A stretch of DNA of 64,000 nucleotides from an uncultured Mageeibacillus sp. (GCA_964553675.1 CAZKLG010000001.1:3590-67589), one strand, 5' to 3'. Positions 8,971-18,623 are shown, counted from the first letter of the stretch. Program-made: numbers and translations. The notes: a model not told the origin generated them from the sequence alone.

Positions 8971-9969
8971 ATGAAAAAGAGAAAAGGAAAGAGCTTACTG
9001 GCTTACCTGCTGATCCTGCTCTTGCTTGGCAGTCTGGTCATTACAGGGGCCTGTTCAGCCAACTATTCGCCGTCTTTAAAAGATGAAGTGGCCCCTGGAT
9101 GGGACACTGGGTGGGATTACGGGGATGGGGAAGCTGTCCCCCAGGAACCGCCCGCTTCAGGTATCCTGCCTGATCAGGGACAGAACCAATTGGAGCGCAA
9201 GTTCATCCAGGATGGCACCCTCAATCTTCGCAGCTCTGATATTGATAAAACCTATGACTCCTTACTGGCTCTGACCCAAAAGCTGGGAGGGCGTCTGGTC
9301 TCCTATGAGGCGCAAAGCCAGGATGAACGCCGTTGGATCAACATGAAGGTGGCCCTTCCCTTCGGAAAACTGCCTGAGTTTATGGACACGACGGCCGACC
9401 ATGTGACCAAGATTGAAACCAAGACCGTGACCAGCGAGGAAGTGACGGAAGCCTACTACGACACCAAAACCCGCATTGAATCCAATGAAAACTTGATCGC
9501 CCATTATCGGACCATGTTGACCAAGGCCGAGACCATTGAAGAAACCCTTCTGGTTCAGGGCAGGATTGATGAATTGACCACGGAACTGGAAAGCCTCAAG
9601 GGACGTCTCAAGCTTCTGGACAGCCTGACCCAGGAATCCAGGGTGGATATCAGCATTCGCATGGAGACCGATCCTACCATCACCAAACCGGATGTGACCT
9701 GGAAAACCCTGAAATGGTCGGATGTTGGTTATCTGATGAAGAATGCCATCCAGAAGGTGGGTATCGGGATTGTCCTGGCCTTCCAGTATTTCCTGATCTT
9801 CCTGGTTTATGCCTCACCCTTCATCCTGCTGGCGGGTCTGATCATCCTGCTCATCGTCTTCCTTGGCCGGCGCAAGCGTAAGCGGATGGCCAAAGGTCAA
9901 GGCCAAAAGGCGGTGGCTGACCCTCAGGGCTATGTCCATCCCGACAATTCAGGAAAAGAGATTGAATAG
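8971..9969 (+). CDS. Lipoprotein with C-terminal TM helices (DUF4349-like architecture)
   Basis: Signal peptide plus lipobox (LLLGSLVITGAC), a coiled-coil middle and hydrophobic C-terminal helices followed by RRKRKR. Start moved to ATG 8971, with GAGGAGG upstream. Confidence 0.55.
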   Translation: MKKRKGKSLLAYLLILLLLGSLVITGACSANYSPSLKDEVAPGWDTGWDYGDGEAVPQEPPASGILPDQGQNQLERKFIQDGTLNLRSSDIDKTYDSLLALTQKLGGRLVSYEAQSQDERRWINMKVALPFGKLPEFMDTTADHVTKIETKTVTSEEVTEAYYDTKTRIESNENLIAHYRTMLTKAETIEETLLVQGRIDELTTELESLKGRLKLLDSLTQESRVDISIRMETDPTITKPDVTWKTLKWSDVGYLMKNAIQKVGIGIVLAFQYFLIFLVYASPFILLAGLIILLIVFLGRRKRKRMAKGQGQKAVADPQGYVHPDNSGKEIE

Positions 9970-9992
9970 ATTAAGCAAAAGACATGACAGAT

Positions 9993-10025
9993 AAAAAAGG
10001 CGGGCGCCAAGCGCCCGCCTTTGAC
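9993..10025. terminator. Bidirectional intrinsic terminator between convergent genes
   Basis: AAAAAA-GGCGGGCGC-caa-GCGCCCGCC-TTT. A perfect 9-bp GC stem is flanked by an A-run and a T-run. Confidence 0.75.
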
Positions 10026-10041
10026 TTTGATCTTGCCCTGG

Positions 10042-11073
10042 TCAGCTGAGGAGCAGGAACCAGACCAGGAGTATGACGGCCATACCGATTAGAAATCCAA
10101 GAAAGAGGAAGAGGAAGAAGGTCTTCCAATTCCGCCGGCGTTTTTCCTTTTTAAGTCTTTTTTTCATGACTTCCTCTTCCACAAGGACAGGATCATTGCC
10201 CTTGAGTTCCAACTCTTCCAGCTTGGGGGAATCCTCTTCCTTGGCCCAATCCTCATCGTAGCCTTTGTGATAAATGGTCCGCCGGATCTCGCTGTCAGGC
10301 ACTTCCTGGTCGGGCAGGGCCAGCTCCAGATCCCTGACCTTGATGGCCATGACTGTGCCGTCAACTGAATCATCCAGCTGGCGGGAATGTATCTGGGCCA
10401 GGCGGATGGTGGCTGCAAAAGCATCGGGTGAGGCCAGATCCCGGGCCAGGAGGGGACAAGGATAGCCCTGGCTGAAGCCCTTGGAAGTCAGAAGGATGAT
10501 GTCACCAGGCCGCAGGCGGAATTGTTTCATGGTCAGGGGGCTGGTCAGAGGCGGGCCGTCACCCTGGCCGATCACCCAGGCGGGATGGCCGGCTTCCTGG
10601 CCGGAAGAGCGGCTGGGCTGCATGAGTTTATTGTTACGGAAAAGGAAGATATCGTTTTCACCCACATTGAGGATATAGGCCAGATTGGCGTCCACCAGTA
10701 GAAGGGAGAGGGAGGCTGCGGCCATGGCCTTGCCCCGGGGTTTGATCTGGCGGCTGATCCGGTCGTGGGCCTCGTGGACCAGAGCCGTGCAAAAGGCCCG
10801 AAAGTCCAGTTCGGGCCTTTTGTAGGCAGCCAGATTCTCAACCATATCCATGGCTGTTCTTTGGACTATACGACCAGCCAGATCCCCGGCACCTGAGCCG
10901 CCATAGCCGTGAGTAACGGCATAGAGCTGGGTATAGAGGGAAGACTTTCCGCTCCGCTCCTCGCTCCCTGTAATCATGTCGGGGTAAACGCGGCCACCCA
11001 GACTGAAGGTGTCCTCGTTGACAGTCGATTTTGTGCCTGATTCAGTCAGGCCGATGACGAGTGTTCTGGCCAT
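10042..11073 (-). CDS. PP2C-like protein with C-terminal membrane anchor (probably catalytically degenerate)
   Basis: PP2C motif order is recognisable: VNEDTF; AVTHGYGGSGAG where PP2C has A(V)xDGMGG; NVGENDIFLF; LLTSKGF where PP2C has LLCSDGL; DGTVMAIKV. A basic stretch and one TM helix sit at the C-terminus. Confidence 0.6.
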   Translation of the reverse strand: MARTLVIGLTESGTKSTVNEDTFSLGGRVYPDMITGSEERSGKSSLYTQLYAVTHGYGGSGAGDLAGRIVQRTAMDMVENLAAYKRPELDFRAFCTALVHEAHDRISRQIKPRGKAMAAASLSLLLVDANLAYILNVGENDIFLFRNNKLMQPSRSSGQEAGHPAWVIGQGDGPPLTSPLTMKQFRLRPGDIILLTSKGFSQGYPCPLLARDLASPDAFAATIRLAQIHSRQLDDSVDGTVMAIKVRDLELALPDQEVPDSEIRRTIYHKGYDEDWAKEEDSPKLEELELKGNDPVLVEEEVMKKRLKKEKRRRNWKTFFLFLFLGFLIGMAVILLVWFLLLS

Positions 11074-11197
11074 ATTTTCCTCGATAATCGTTCGGATTTT
11101 TCAAACTTTATTGAAAAGATGATAGCACACGGATGCTATCATGGTCTTGGATCCCAGGGCATGAGAGGTCATCTGCCTGGGCCAAGGAGGGTTTGCT

Positions 11198-11989
11198 ATG
11201 GATAAGGCAAGGGAGGCGGACAGGCCCCGCAAAGCTGTCGTGATCGTGACAGGGGCCTCATCAGGTTTAGGTGCTGCCTTGACCAGGCGCCTGGACCAGA
11301 CCCTGCCTGGGGATATGGATCTCTGGTTGATCGCCCGGGATCCCGGTAAACTGGAGGCCCTGGCTTCGGACCTGGACCATGACTGCCAAATCCTGGCACT
11401 GGATCTGACCCGGGAGGCGGCCTTCTGGCAAATCAAGGACATGCTGGACATGGAGGAGGCTGACATCCATCTCCTGGTCAACAATGCAGGGGAGGGCTGC
11501 AGCGGTCCCTTTGAAGAGCAGGACCTTTTGGCCCACCAATCCCTTTGTGATCTCAATATCCGGGCCCAGCTGGTGATGACCTCCCTGGCCCTGCCCTATA
11601 TGGGTCCTGGCAGCGCCATTCTTTTCACTTCTTCGGTGGCAGCCTTTTTGCCCCAACCCGGCTTTGCCAGCTATGCAGCTTCCAAGGCCTTCATCCTCTC
11701 CTTTGGCCGGGCGCTGGGCCGGGAGCTGAAAGACCGGGCCATCCAGGTCACGGTTACCTGCCCCAACCCCATGCTGACTAATTTTTTTACAAAAGAAGAA
11801 AAAGAGGCGCTTATGACATCCTATAAGCGCCTGGGGATTGAAGACCCCGCCCGGGTGGCCGACAAGAGTCTGGCAGCTATCAGGCGGGGCAAAGCTGTGG
11901 TGGTGACCTCATTTGCCGGCAGGATGATCCGGATACTGGCCAAGCTTCTGCCCGCCGGCCTGATCATCCGCCTGATCAAATGGTCTTAG
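11198..11989 (+). CDS. SDR-family oxidoreductase
   Basis: VVIVTGASSGLGAALTRRL (TGxxxGxG) and the YAASKAF catalytic YxxxK. Confidence 0.85.
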   Translation: MDKAREADRPRKAVVIVTGASSGLGAALTRRLDQTLPGDMDLWLIARDPGKLEALASDLDHDCQILALDLTREAAFWQIKDMLDMEEADIHLLVNNAGEGCSGPFEEQDLLAHQSLCDLNIRAQLVMTSLALPYMGPGSAILFTSSVAAFLPQPGFASYAASKAFILSFGRALGRELKDRAIQVTVTCPNPMLTNFFTKEEKEALMTSYKRLGIEDPARVADKSLAAIRRGKAVVVTSFAGRMIRILAKLLPAGLIIRLIKWS

Positions 11990-12840
11990 CGTCCCTTGAT
12001 TTTCAGATAAACCAGCTTGACATTGGGGTTGCCGGTGTCCCGCATTTCGATGTCGTATTTGCCCATGGACCTGACCAGGGTGGTCAGCTTGTCGTAGCCG
12101 TAGTTCCTGGAGTCGAATGACGGTTGTTTCTTGACAATCAGGTTGCCCACTTCGGCCAGGAAGGCCCAGCCATTTTCATCCTCAACGTCCCGGATGGATG
12201 AGTTGATCAGCTTGATCAATTCCCGGTCGACCTTGCGGATACCCCGCTCATCCTTGCCGGCACTTGCCTTCTTTTCAGCCGGTTTTTTGGCCGCATCCTT
12301 CTTGACGGTGGTCTTGGCCCTTGAACTGCTCCTGGCAGCCGGTTTTTCCTCCACCTTGTCCTTGTCAGACTCTTCGTCCTCGCTGTGCTGGCCGATGATC
12401 TCAAGATAGATGAAACGGTCACAGGCGGCGATAAAGGGGTTGGGCGTTTTCATTTCGCCAAAGCCATAAACGATTTTTCCCGATTCCCGGAGCCGGGTGG
12501 CCAACTTGGTGAAATCGCTGTCACTGGAGACCAGGACGAAGCCGTCGATCCGGTCGGTGTAGAGAATATCCATGGCGTCGATGATCATGGCGGAATCGGT
12601 GGCATTCTTACCTGTCGTATAAGAGAACTGTTGGATGGGGCTGATGGCGTAATCGAGGAGCTGGGATTTCCATTGGGCCAGATTGGGTTTGGTGAAGTCC
12701 CCGTAGATGCGTTTGATGGTGGGTGTGCCGTAGCGGGCTATCTCCTCCATCATGCCCCGGACATTGTGGGGGGGGACATTATCGGCGTCGATCAGGACGG
12801 CCAATCTGACGTCACTAGTCGTTGCGCTATTAGTTGCCAT
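11986..12840 (-). CDS. NYN (LabA-like) nuclease-domain protein with C-terminal OST-HTH/LOTUS-like domain
   Basis: RLAVLIDADNV...KRIYGDF...FVLVSSDSDFTKLATRLRESGKIVYGFG matches the NYN/LabA pattern. A K/A/E-rich linker is followed by a C-terminal region of about 70 aa (GWAFLAEVGNLIVKKQPSFDSRNYGYDKLTTLV) resembling OST-HTH. Confidence 0.7.
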   Translation of the reverse strand: MATNSATTSDVRLAVLIDADNVPPHNVRGMMEEIARYGTPTIKRIYGDFTKPNLAQWKSQLLDYAISPIQQFSYTTGKNATDSAMIIDAMDILYTDRIDGFVLVSSDSDFTKLATRLRESGKIVYGFGEMKTPNPFIAACDRFIYLEIIGQHSEDEESDKDKVEEKPAARSSSRAKTTVKKDAAKKPAEKKASAGKDERGIRKVDRELIKLINSSIRDVEDENGWAFLAEVGNLIVKKQPSFDSRNYGYDKLTTLVRSMGKYDIEMRDTGNPNVKLVYLKIKGR

Positions 12841-12988
12841 ATTGTAATCTTCCTCTCAAGCGGCTGCCAATTTTTGCCGGCAACCTTCTGTCAATTCTAA
12901 CACAGGCAGACCGGCAGGACCGCTGCGGCAGAGGCCGGCCGTGTTATGATTGGTGGAGTTGTACTTGACTTTAAAAGGGGAGGTCCCT

Positions 12989-13912
12989 ATGACATCAAAG
13001 AATCCGCTGCTCCTGGTTATGGCAGCCGGGATGGGATCCCGTTATGGGGGTCTCAAACAGCTTGACCCCTTGGGACCGGCTGGTGAAATTCTCCTGGACT
13101 ATTCAGTCTATGACGCTATGCGGGCGGGTTTTTCCCGGGTTATCTTTGTCATCCGAAGGGATTTCCAGGCCCGCTTTGATGAACTGGTAAGAAAGAAGCT
13201 CAAGGGCCGCATGGACTACAGCTATGCCTATCAGGAACTGGATGATTTGCCGGCCGGCTATCAGACTCCCCCGGCCAGGGTCAAGCCCTGGGGGACGGGT
13301 CACGCCGTTCTGGCCGCCCGTCACTTGATCCAGGGTCCCCTGGCCGTCATCAATGCCGACGATTACTATGGACCCCAAGCCTATGGGGCCATTTATGACT
13401 TTCTCAGCCAGGCGGATAGGGGAGGGCTGCCCCAGCTGGGCCTTTGCACCTGGCGACTGGGTGATACCCTGTCCCCCCATGGCCAGGTCTCCCGGGGCGT
13501 CTGCCAGGTTCAGGGGGACCGCCTGGTCGGGATCCAGGAAATCAAAGCCATTGAGCCCAAAGCCGGTGGGATTGTCCACCACCTGGATCAGGGCCAGGGC
13601 TATGGTCAGCTGGATGCTGACTTGCCCGTTTCCATGAACTTTTGGGGATTTCCTGCCAGCTTCCTTGATATCTTGTCCCGGGATTTTCATCAATTTTTGG
13701 AAAATGAAGCCAAGCTTGACCCCTTGACCGCTGAATATCCCTTGCCGGTCCAGGTTGGCCGGGCTATGGCAGCAAAGGCCGTAGAGGTGACTGCCATGCC
13801 TGTCCCGGATGCCTGGTATGGGGTGACCAACCAGGAGGACCGGCCCCGGGTGACAGCTGCCCTGGCCGCCATGTCTGAATCGGGGCTTTATCCCTCGCCC
13901 CTTTGGACCTGA
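12989..13912 (+). CDS. Sugar-phosphate nucleotidyltransferase-family protein
   Basis: N-terminal LLVMAAGMGSRYGGLKQL (GxGxR nucleotide loop). Start moved to ATG 12989, with GGGGAGG upstream. Confidence 0.65.
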   Translation: MTSKNPLLLVMAAGMGSRYGGLKQLDPLGPAGEILLDYSVYDAMRAGFSRVIFVIRRDFQARFDELVRKKLKGRMDYSYAYQELDDLPAGYQTPPARVKPWGTGHAVLAARHLIQGPLAVINADDYYGPQAYGAIYDFLSQADRGGLPQLGLCTWRLGDTLSPHGQVSRGVCQVQGDRLVGIQEIKAIEPKAGGIVHHLDQGQGYGQLDADLPVSMNFWGFPASFLDILSRDFHQFLENEAKLDPLTAEYPLPVQVGRAMAAKAVEVTAMPVPDAWYGVTNQEDRPRVTAALAAMSESGLYPSPLWT

Positions 13913-13974
13913 TAGAATAAATTCAGGGCTGGAACGTTCTGCTTTTGAAAGACGCCAGCCAGCAGGAGAGCATT

Positions 13975-15723
13975 ATGACACTTATGACCAGTATCGCCCA
14001 GGCCCTGGCCGGGCGCCTTTCAGTTGACAGCCAGGAAATCCTTTCAGGCCTTGGCCGGCCACCCAAACCGGATATGGGCGATATCGCCTTTCCTTGTTTT
14101 CGTTACGCCAAGCAGGCGGGTAAGGCACCCCCTGCCCTGGCCCAGGATCTGAAGGAATCTTTGGAGGCGGAAGCCGGGACAGTCCTGGCTGATCTTTTTG
14201 ATGCCTTGGAAAAGATTGAGATCGCCGGCGGTTATCTCAATTTCTTCATCCGACGGGATTATCTGGCCCGGACGGTCTTGAGGCAGTCCATGGAAGCTGG
14301 CGACAGGCCGGGAGCCAAGCAGGAGGGGGCTGGCAAAACAGTCATCGTGGAATATTCCTCTCCCAACATCGCCAAACCCTTCCATGTGGGTCATGGCTTC
14401 TCCACCTTTTTGGGCCAGGCCCTGGCCAATCTCTTCGAATATGCCGGCTATGATGTCCAGCGTTTCAATCATCTGGGCGACTACGGGACCCAGTTTGGCA
14501 AGCTGATCGTGGCCTGGCAGCTTTGGGGGGATAAAGAGGCCCTGGAAGAGGCCCCCATCCGGGAACTGACCCGGATCTATGTCAAGTTCCACGAAGAGGC
14601 CGACAAGGCCCCCGGTCTGGAGGATCAGGCCCGGGAGGCTTTCAGTCGTCTGGAACAGGGCGGCCCCGATGAAATGGCCCTCTGGGAAACCTTCCGCCAG
14701 GTCAGCCTCCAGGAGTTTGATGAAATCTATGACCGGGTGGGCATCCGTTTTGACAACACCAATGGTGAGAGTTTTTATTCATCCATGATCCCCCAGGTGG
14801 TGGACCAGCTTCGGGCTCAGGGGCTTTTGGAAGAAAGTGAGGGAGCCCAGGTAGTGGACCTGGAGGCCTTCGGGCTCAACCCCTGCCTGATCCTCAAGAG
14901 CGATGGCTCCACCATATACGCCTCCCGGGACATTGCGGCCATTCTCTGGCGTGACAAGGTCTATGACTTTTACAAGAATATCTATGTGGTCGGTATCCCC
15001 CAGAAGAATCACTTCAATCAGGTATTTGCTGTCATGAAACGGATGGGTTTTCCCAAGGCCGAGGACTGTGTCCATGTGGCCTTTGGCACTGTCAAATTTG
15101 CCCAGGGAGCCCTGGCCACCCGGACGGGTAATGTGGTTCTTTTGGAGGACCTGCTCAATACCAGTGTCGCCAAGACCCAGGCCCTGATCGAGGCCAACAA
15201 TCCGGATATGGACCCCTCTGAGGTGGCCAGTATTGCCGAAAAGGTTGGTGTCGGTGCAGTCCGCTATGCCTATCTGCGAAATGGGCGGGAGAGGGATATT
15301 GTCTTCTCCTGGGAGGAGATGTTGGACTTTGAGGGGGACACAGCCCCCTATCTTCTCTATACCGTGACCCGCTGTGCTTCTTTGGAACGCAAGGCAGAGC
15401 CGGCCCTTCTGGAAAGACTGGACCAGGTGACCGACCAGGAACTGTCCCTCTTGGTCTCCGACCATGAGCAGGAAGTCATCAGGGAAATTCAGGGCTTCCC
15501 CCAGGCTGTCGCTGCCGCCCGTCAGGCCTATGAACCCTCCATCATGATCCGACAGATCATGACCCTGGCCAGGGCTTTCAATGCCTTCTACCACAACACC
15601 CAGGTCCTGAAAAGTGGGGATGAGACCCTGACTGTTGCCAGGTTAGCCCTGGTCCGCGCCGTTGGCAGGACCCTGTCAGCCGGTCTGCGCCTGGCGGGGA
15701 TCGAACCGGTCGACCGCATGTAA
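13975..15723 (+). CDS. argS: Arginine--tRNA ligase
   Basis: SSPNIAKPFHVGH (HIGH region), class I core and a C-terminal DALR-type anticodon-binding region ending in M. Start moved to ATG 13975, with AGGAGA upstream. Confidence 0.93.
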   Translation: MTLMTSIAQALAGRLSVDSQEILSGLGRPPKPDMGDIAFPCFRYAKQAGKAPPALAQDLKESLEAEAGTVLADLFDALEKIEIAGGYLNFFIRRDYLARTVLRQSMEAGDRPGAKQEGAGKTVIVEYSSPNIAKPFHVGHGFSTFLGQALANLFEYAGYDVQRFNHLGDYGTQFGKLIVAWQLWGDKEALEEAPIRELTRIYVKFHEEADKAPGLEDQAREAFSRLEQGGPDEMALWETFRQVSLQEFDEIYDRVGIRFDNTNGESFYSSMIPQVVDQLRAQGLLEESEGAQVVDLEAFGLNPCLILKSDGSTIYASRDIAAILWRDKVYDFYKNIYVVGIPQKNHFNQVFAVMKRMGFPKAEDCVHVAFGTVKFAQGALATRTGNVVLLEDLLNTSVAKTQALIEANNPDMDPSEVASIAEKVGVGAVRYAYLRNGRERDIVFSWEEMLDFEGDTAPYLLYTVTRCASLERKAEPALLERLDQVTDQELSLLVSDHEQEVIREIQGFPQAVAAARQAYEPSIMIRQIMTLARAFNAFYHNTQVLKSGDETLTVARLALVRAVGRTLSAGLRLAGIEPVDRM

Positions 15724-15738
15724 GAGAAAGGCAAGGCC

Positions 15739-17475
15739 ATGGATTATCTCCATTGGTTAAAGGCACATCCTGCCATGGATCCACCCTCTGCGGAAACGAT
15801 GGCCGCAGAGGCTCATCAGGCTGGGGCCCGCCTCCGCCTGGCTGCCAAGACCGGAGATCTGGGCCTTTTGATCGATCATTTGGCCCAAGCCTACGGGCAA
15901 ATCGAATCAGACTGTCAAAAATTGCTCCTTGCCTCTTATTATGACCCCACCGACCGCCAGGCCAGGGAGTCTTTCAAGGCCCTCTCAGATCATGCCCTGG
16001 TCTATCTGACTGAATATGCCAGTTTTTTCACCGCCCTGTCAGACCTGCCCCGGGCCAGGCGGGGGGCTCAGGCGCTGGATCCGGACTTTCTGGCAGCCGC
16101 CAAAAACAGGGGCCAGGCCTATGACAAGGCCCTCCTGCCCCTTTTGAAGGAGGAGAAGGGGGCTATTGAGACTTATATGCAGGGTCTGGATGACATGTTC
16201 ATGTCTAAGCTCAGCCCTGCCAGGGTCAAAGGTGAAGCCAGGCGCTTGCTCCAGTCCATGTCCAGGGATCGCCGTAAACGGGCCTACCAGTCCCTGGAAG
16301 ATCGTATGCAAAGTTTCAAGGGCGACCTGGAAGGGGCCTTTATCCGCCTCCATGAGGTCAGGCGGGCCCTGGGCCAGGAAGGGGGTTTTTCCAGCTTCTA
16401 TGACTATGCCCTGGCAAGAGAGGGCTTGACTGAGGCCATGCGGACCCGGATCAAGGATTTCCGCCAACTGGTCCAAAAACACCTCCTGACCCTAAGTCGT
16501 CCCATCATGACCATGCAGTGGGAACGTTTAGGCATTTCGGATCCCCGGCCCTGGGACCTCCTCTATCCGGCCAACTTTGGCCTGCCCACCCTGGATCCTC
16601 AGGCCTTTCCCCTGGACGAAACCTATATCAAGGCCCTGGCCCTCATCTTCCCCGACGGGCTTGCCCTCTTTGAGAGGATGCAGGAAGAAGGGGGCCTGAC
16701 CCTGGGGGTGACAGGGGAGCCCGGCCTGGACAGTGTCTTTTCACCCTACTGCACGGGGGCGGGTATGTCAGGGGTCCTGGCTGCCAATTTTTCTGACTTG
16801 AATCGATCCTTCCTGGTCCTGTCACAGATCCCCCAGGAAAACCTCGGCAGTCTGCTTTTCTCCGAGACCGGCTTCCTCCTCCTGGACCAGGCCGGCCAAA
16901 AGGCCACATTGCCCTTTCCGCCTTCAGCAGAAAGAGATCTGATCCATCAATTGGCCCGCTATTCCATGGTCTTCCTGTCCCAGAGAGCCTGGCATCTCTT
17001 TTACGGCAACAAGACCCCTTATGCCCGCCAATATGACCTCAGCCAATTGGCCTTGGATCTTCCCCTATACTGCGCCCTGGATGAGATGGAGGAATTTCTC
17101 TGCCGGGCCAGGGTGACCAACCTGGCTGTCTTCCGTCATGCCTGGAATGAGATTGCCAAGCGCTACGGTCTGGCCGGAACCTGGCCGGGCCATCCCGGCC
17201 TGGTAGCCGTAGAGGATCTTTGGCTTTATTCGCCCCTTCTTTGGGCCAGACCCCTGACCGGCATTTTCCAGACCCTGGCGGCGGTCTCCGTCCTGGCCAG
17301 CTTCCCTCTGGGCCGTCGGCACCAGGCCCTTGAAAGCAGTTTCCGCCACCTGCTCGAGCTGGGGGGACAAGGCCAGGCCATGGATTCCATGATCCAGGCA
17401 GGCTATCCATCCCCCTTCCAGGAGGAGACCGTCATCAAAGCCGGCTTTGCCATCATGGATTTTTTGGCCCTATAA
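15739..17475 (+). CDS. Hypothetical protein, possible inactive M3 (oligoendopeptidase F-like) homolog
   Basis: 578 aa, about PepF size. At residues 375-379 (nt 16861-16875) it reads S-E-T-G-F inside LLFSETGFLL, where M3 peptidases carry HExxH (xLFHExGH). The assignment is by pattern only. Confidence 0.4.
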   Translation: MDYLHWLKAHPAMDPPSAETMAAEAHQAGARLRLAAKTGDLGLLIDHLAQAYGQIESDCQKLLLASYYDPTDRQARESFKALSDHALVYLTEYASFFTALSDLPRARRGAQALDPDFLAAAKNRGQAYDKALLPLLKEEKGAIETYMQGLDDMFMSKLSPARVKGEARRLLQSMSRDRRKRAYQSLEDRMQSFKGDLEGAFIRLHEVRRALGQEGGFSSFYDYALAREGLTEAMRTRIKDFRQLVQKHLLTLSRPIMTMQWERLGISDPRPWDLLYPANFGLPTLDPQAFPLDETYIKALALIFPDGLALFERMQEEGGLTLGVTGEPGLDSVFSPYCTGAGMSGVLAANFSDLNRSFLVLSQIPQENLGSLLFSETGFLLLDQAGQKATLPFPPSAERDLIHQLARYSMVFLSQRAWHLFYGNKTPYARQYDLSQLALDLPLYCALDEMEEFLCRARVTNLAVFRHAWNEIAKRYGLAGTWPGHPGLVAVEDLWLYSPLLWARPLTGIFQTLAAVSVLASFPLGRRHQALESSFRHLLELGGQGQAMDSMIQAGYPSPFQEETVIKAGFAIMDFLAL

Positions 17476-17497
17476 TTATTTTGGGAGGGGAGAGGCC

Positions 17498-18112
17498 ATG
17501 AAAGCGATACTTGTTGCCAGCCACAACCAGGGAAAACTGGAGGAGTTGAGAGCCATGGTCAGGGGCTATCCCCTGCGGTTGATGTCACCAGACCAACTTG
17601 GCATCAGCTTGGAGGTCGAGGAGACCGGGCAGACCTTTGACGAGAACGCCCTGATCAAGGCACGGGCTCTCCACGAGCTGGCAGGGGGTTGGGTCATGGC
17701 AGATGATTCAGGCCTTTGCGTGGATGCCCTGGACGGGGCCCCCGGCATCTATTCGGCCCGTTACGGGGGCCCGCCGGCTTCCGATGATGCCAATATGGAC
17801 CGCCTCCTGGAGGAGATGCGGCATTTACCCCCCGCTGAGCGGACTGCCGCCTTTTGCTGCTCCCTGGCCCTGATTGACCCCCAGGGCAGGGAAGCTTTAT
17901 TCAGGGGGCGGACAGAGGGCTCTATTGCCTTGACCCGATCGGGGTCAGCCGGCTTTGGCTATGACCCCATCTTCCTGCCCCTGGGGGAAAGCCGGTCCAT
18001 GGCAGAATTGGATGCGGGGGAAAAAAACAGGATCAGCCATCGGGGCCGGGCAGTTGACCTCTTTTTGAAGGAGTATTTTGGAGATGACCAAGGCAGCCAA
18101 GTCACAAGATAA
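17498..18112 (+). CDS. rdgB: dITP/XTP pyrophosphatase (RdgB/HAM1 family)
   Basis: MKAILVASHNQGKLEEL, FGYDPIF and ISHRGRA motifs. Start moved to ATG 17498, after GGGAGGGGAGAGG. Confidence 0.9.
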   Translation: MKAILVASHNQGKLEELRAMVRGYPLRLMSPDQLGISLEVEETGQTFDENALIKARALHELAGGWVMADDSGLCVDALDGAPGIYSARYGGPPASDDANMDRLLEEMRHLPPAERTAAFCCSLALIDPQGREALFRGRTEGSIALTRSGSAGFGYDPIFLPLGESRSMAELDAGEKNRISHRGRAVDLFLKEYFGDDQGSQVTR

Positions 18113-18539
18113 CTATTACATTGTCCGGGAAGATGTCCTGCCTGAGGTTTTTCTCAAGGTCATGGAGGTTAAACGTCTCCTGGACCTGAAAAGGGTGGGG
18201 TCAGTCAACGAGGCGGTCAGACGGGTAGGCATCAGCCGGAGCGCCTATTATAAGTATCGTAAGTCCATCCGGGCCCTGAAGACCCTGGAGGAAGGTGCCA
18301 TTACCACCCTTCTGATTGTCATGGAAAATATTGCCCATGCAGCCAGTCTTTGCATTTCCGTCTTTGCAGAAGCGGGGGCGGATATCCTGGCCTTTCAGCA
18401 GAGTCCGCCGGTAGACGGCCTGGTCAACATGATGGTGACCTTCCGCTCGGCCGGTGTCTTTGAACTGGAAGATGCCCTCATCTACCGTCTGACCCAGACC
18501 AGGGGAGTGGTCAGGGCAGAATACCTCCGCCAGCAATAA
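18084..18539 (+). CDS. ACT-domain protein with N-terminal HTH (UPF0735/PheB-like)
   Basis: YYIVREDVLPEVFLKVMEVKRLLD...VNEAVRRVGISRSAYYKYRKSI is followed by an ACT-like region. ATG 18084 (GAAGGAG 10 nt upstream) is preferred over track TTG 18078. It overlaps the rdgB 3' end by 29 nt. Confidence 0.7.
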   Translation: MTKAAKSQDNYYIVREDVLPEVFLKVMEVKRLLDLKRVGSVNEAVRRVGISRSAYYKYRKSIRALKTLEEGAITTLLIVMENIAHAASLCISVFAEAGADILAFQQSPPVDGLVNMMVTFRSAGVFELEDALIYRLTQTRGVVRAEYLRQQ

Positions 18540-18623
18540 TCGGTATCGCTGGACCCGGACTGGCGGTTTTCCCTTGCTTTATGCTAGGCTAACCCGGGAG
18601 TTGGACAGAAAGGAAGATAGACT

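Noticed and set aside
13913-13974. Leader RNA elements: a T-box before argS, an M-box before corA (3056-3248), and a lysine riboswitch before the aspartate kinase.
   Set aside because: The argS leader is only about 60 nt. The aspartate kinase start overlaps yqeG, so it has no leader. In the corA upstream region I see no conserved M-box or T-box sequence blocks or terminator/antiterminator pairs. Covariance-model scans would be needed to be certain.
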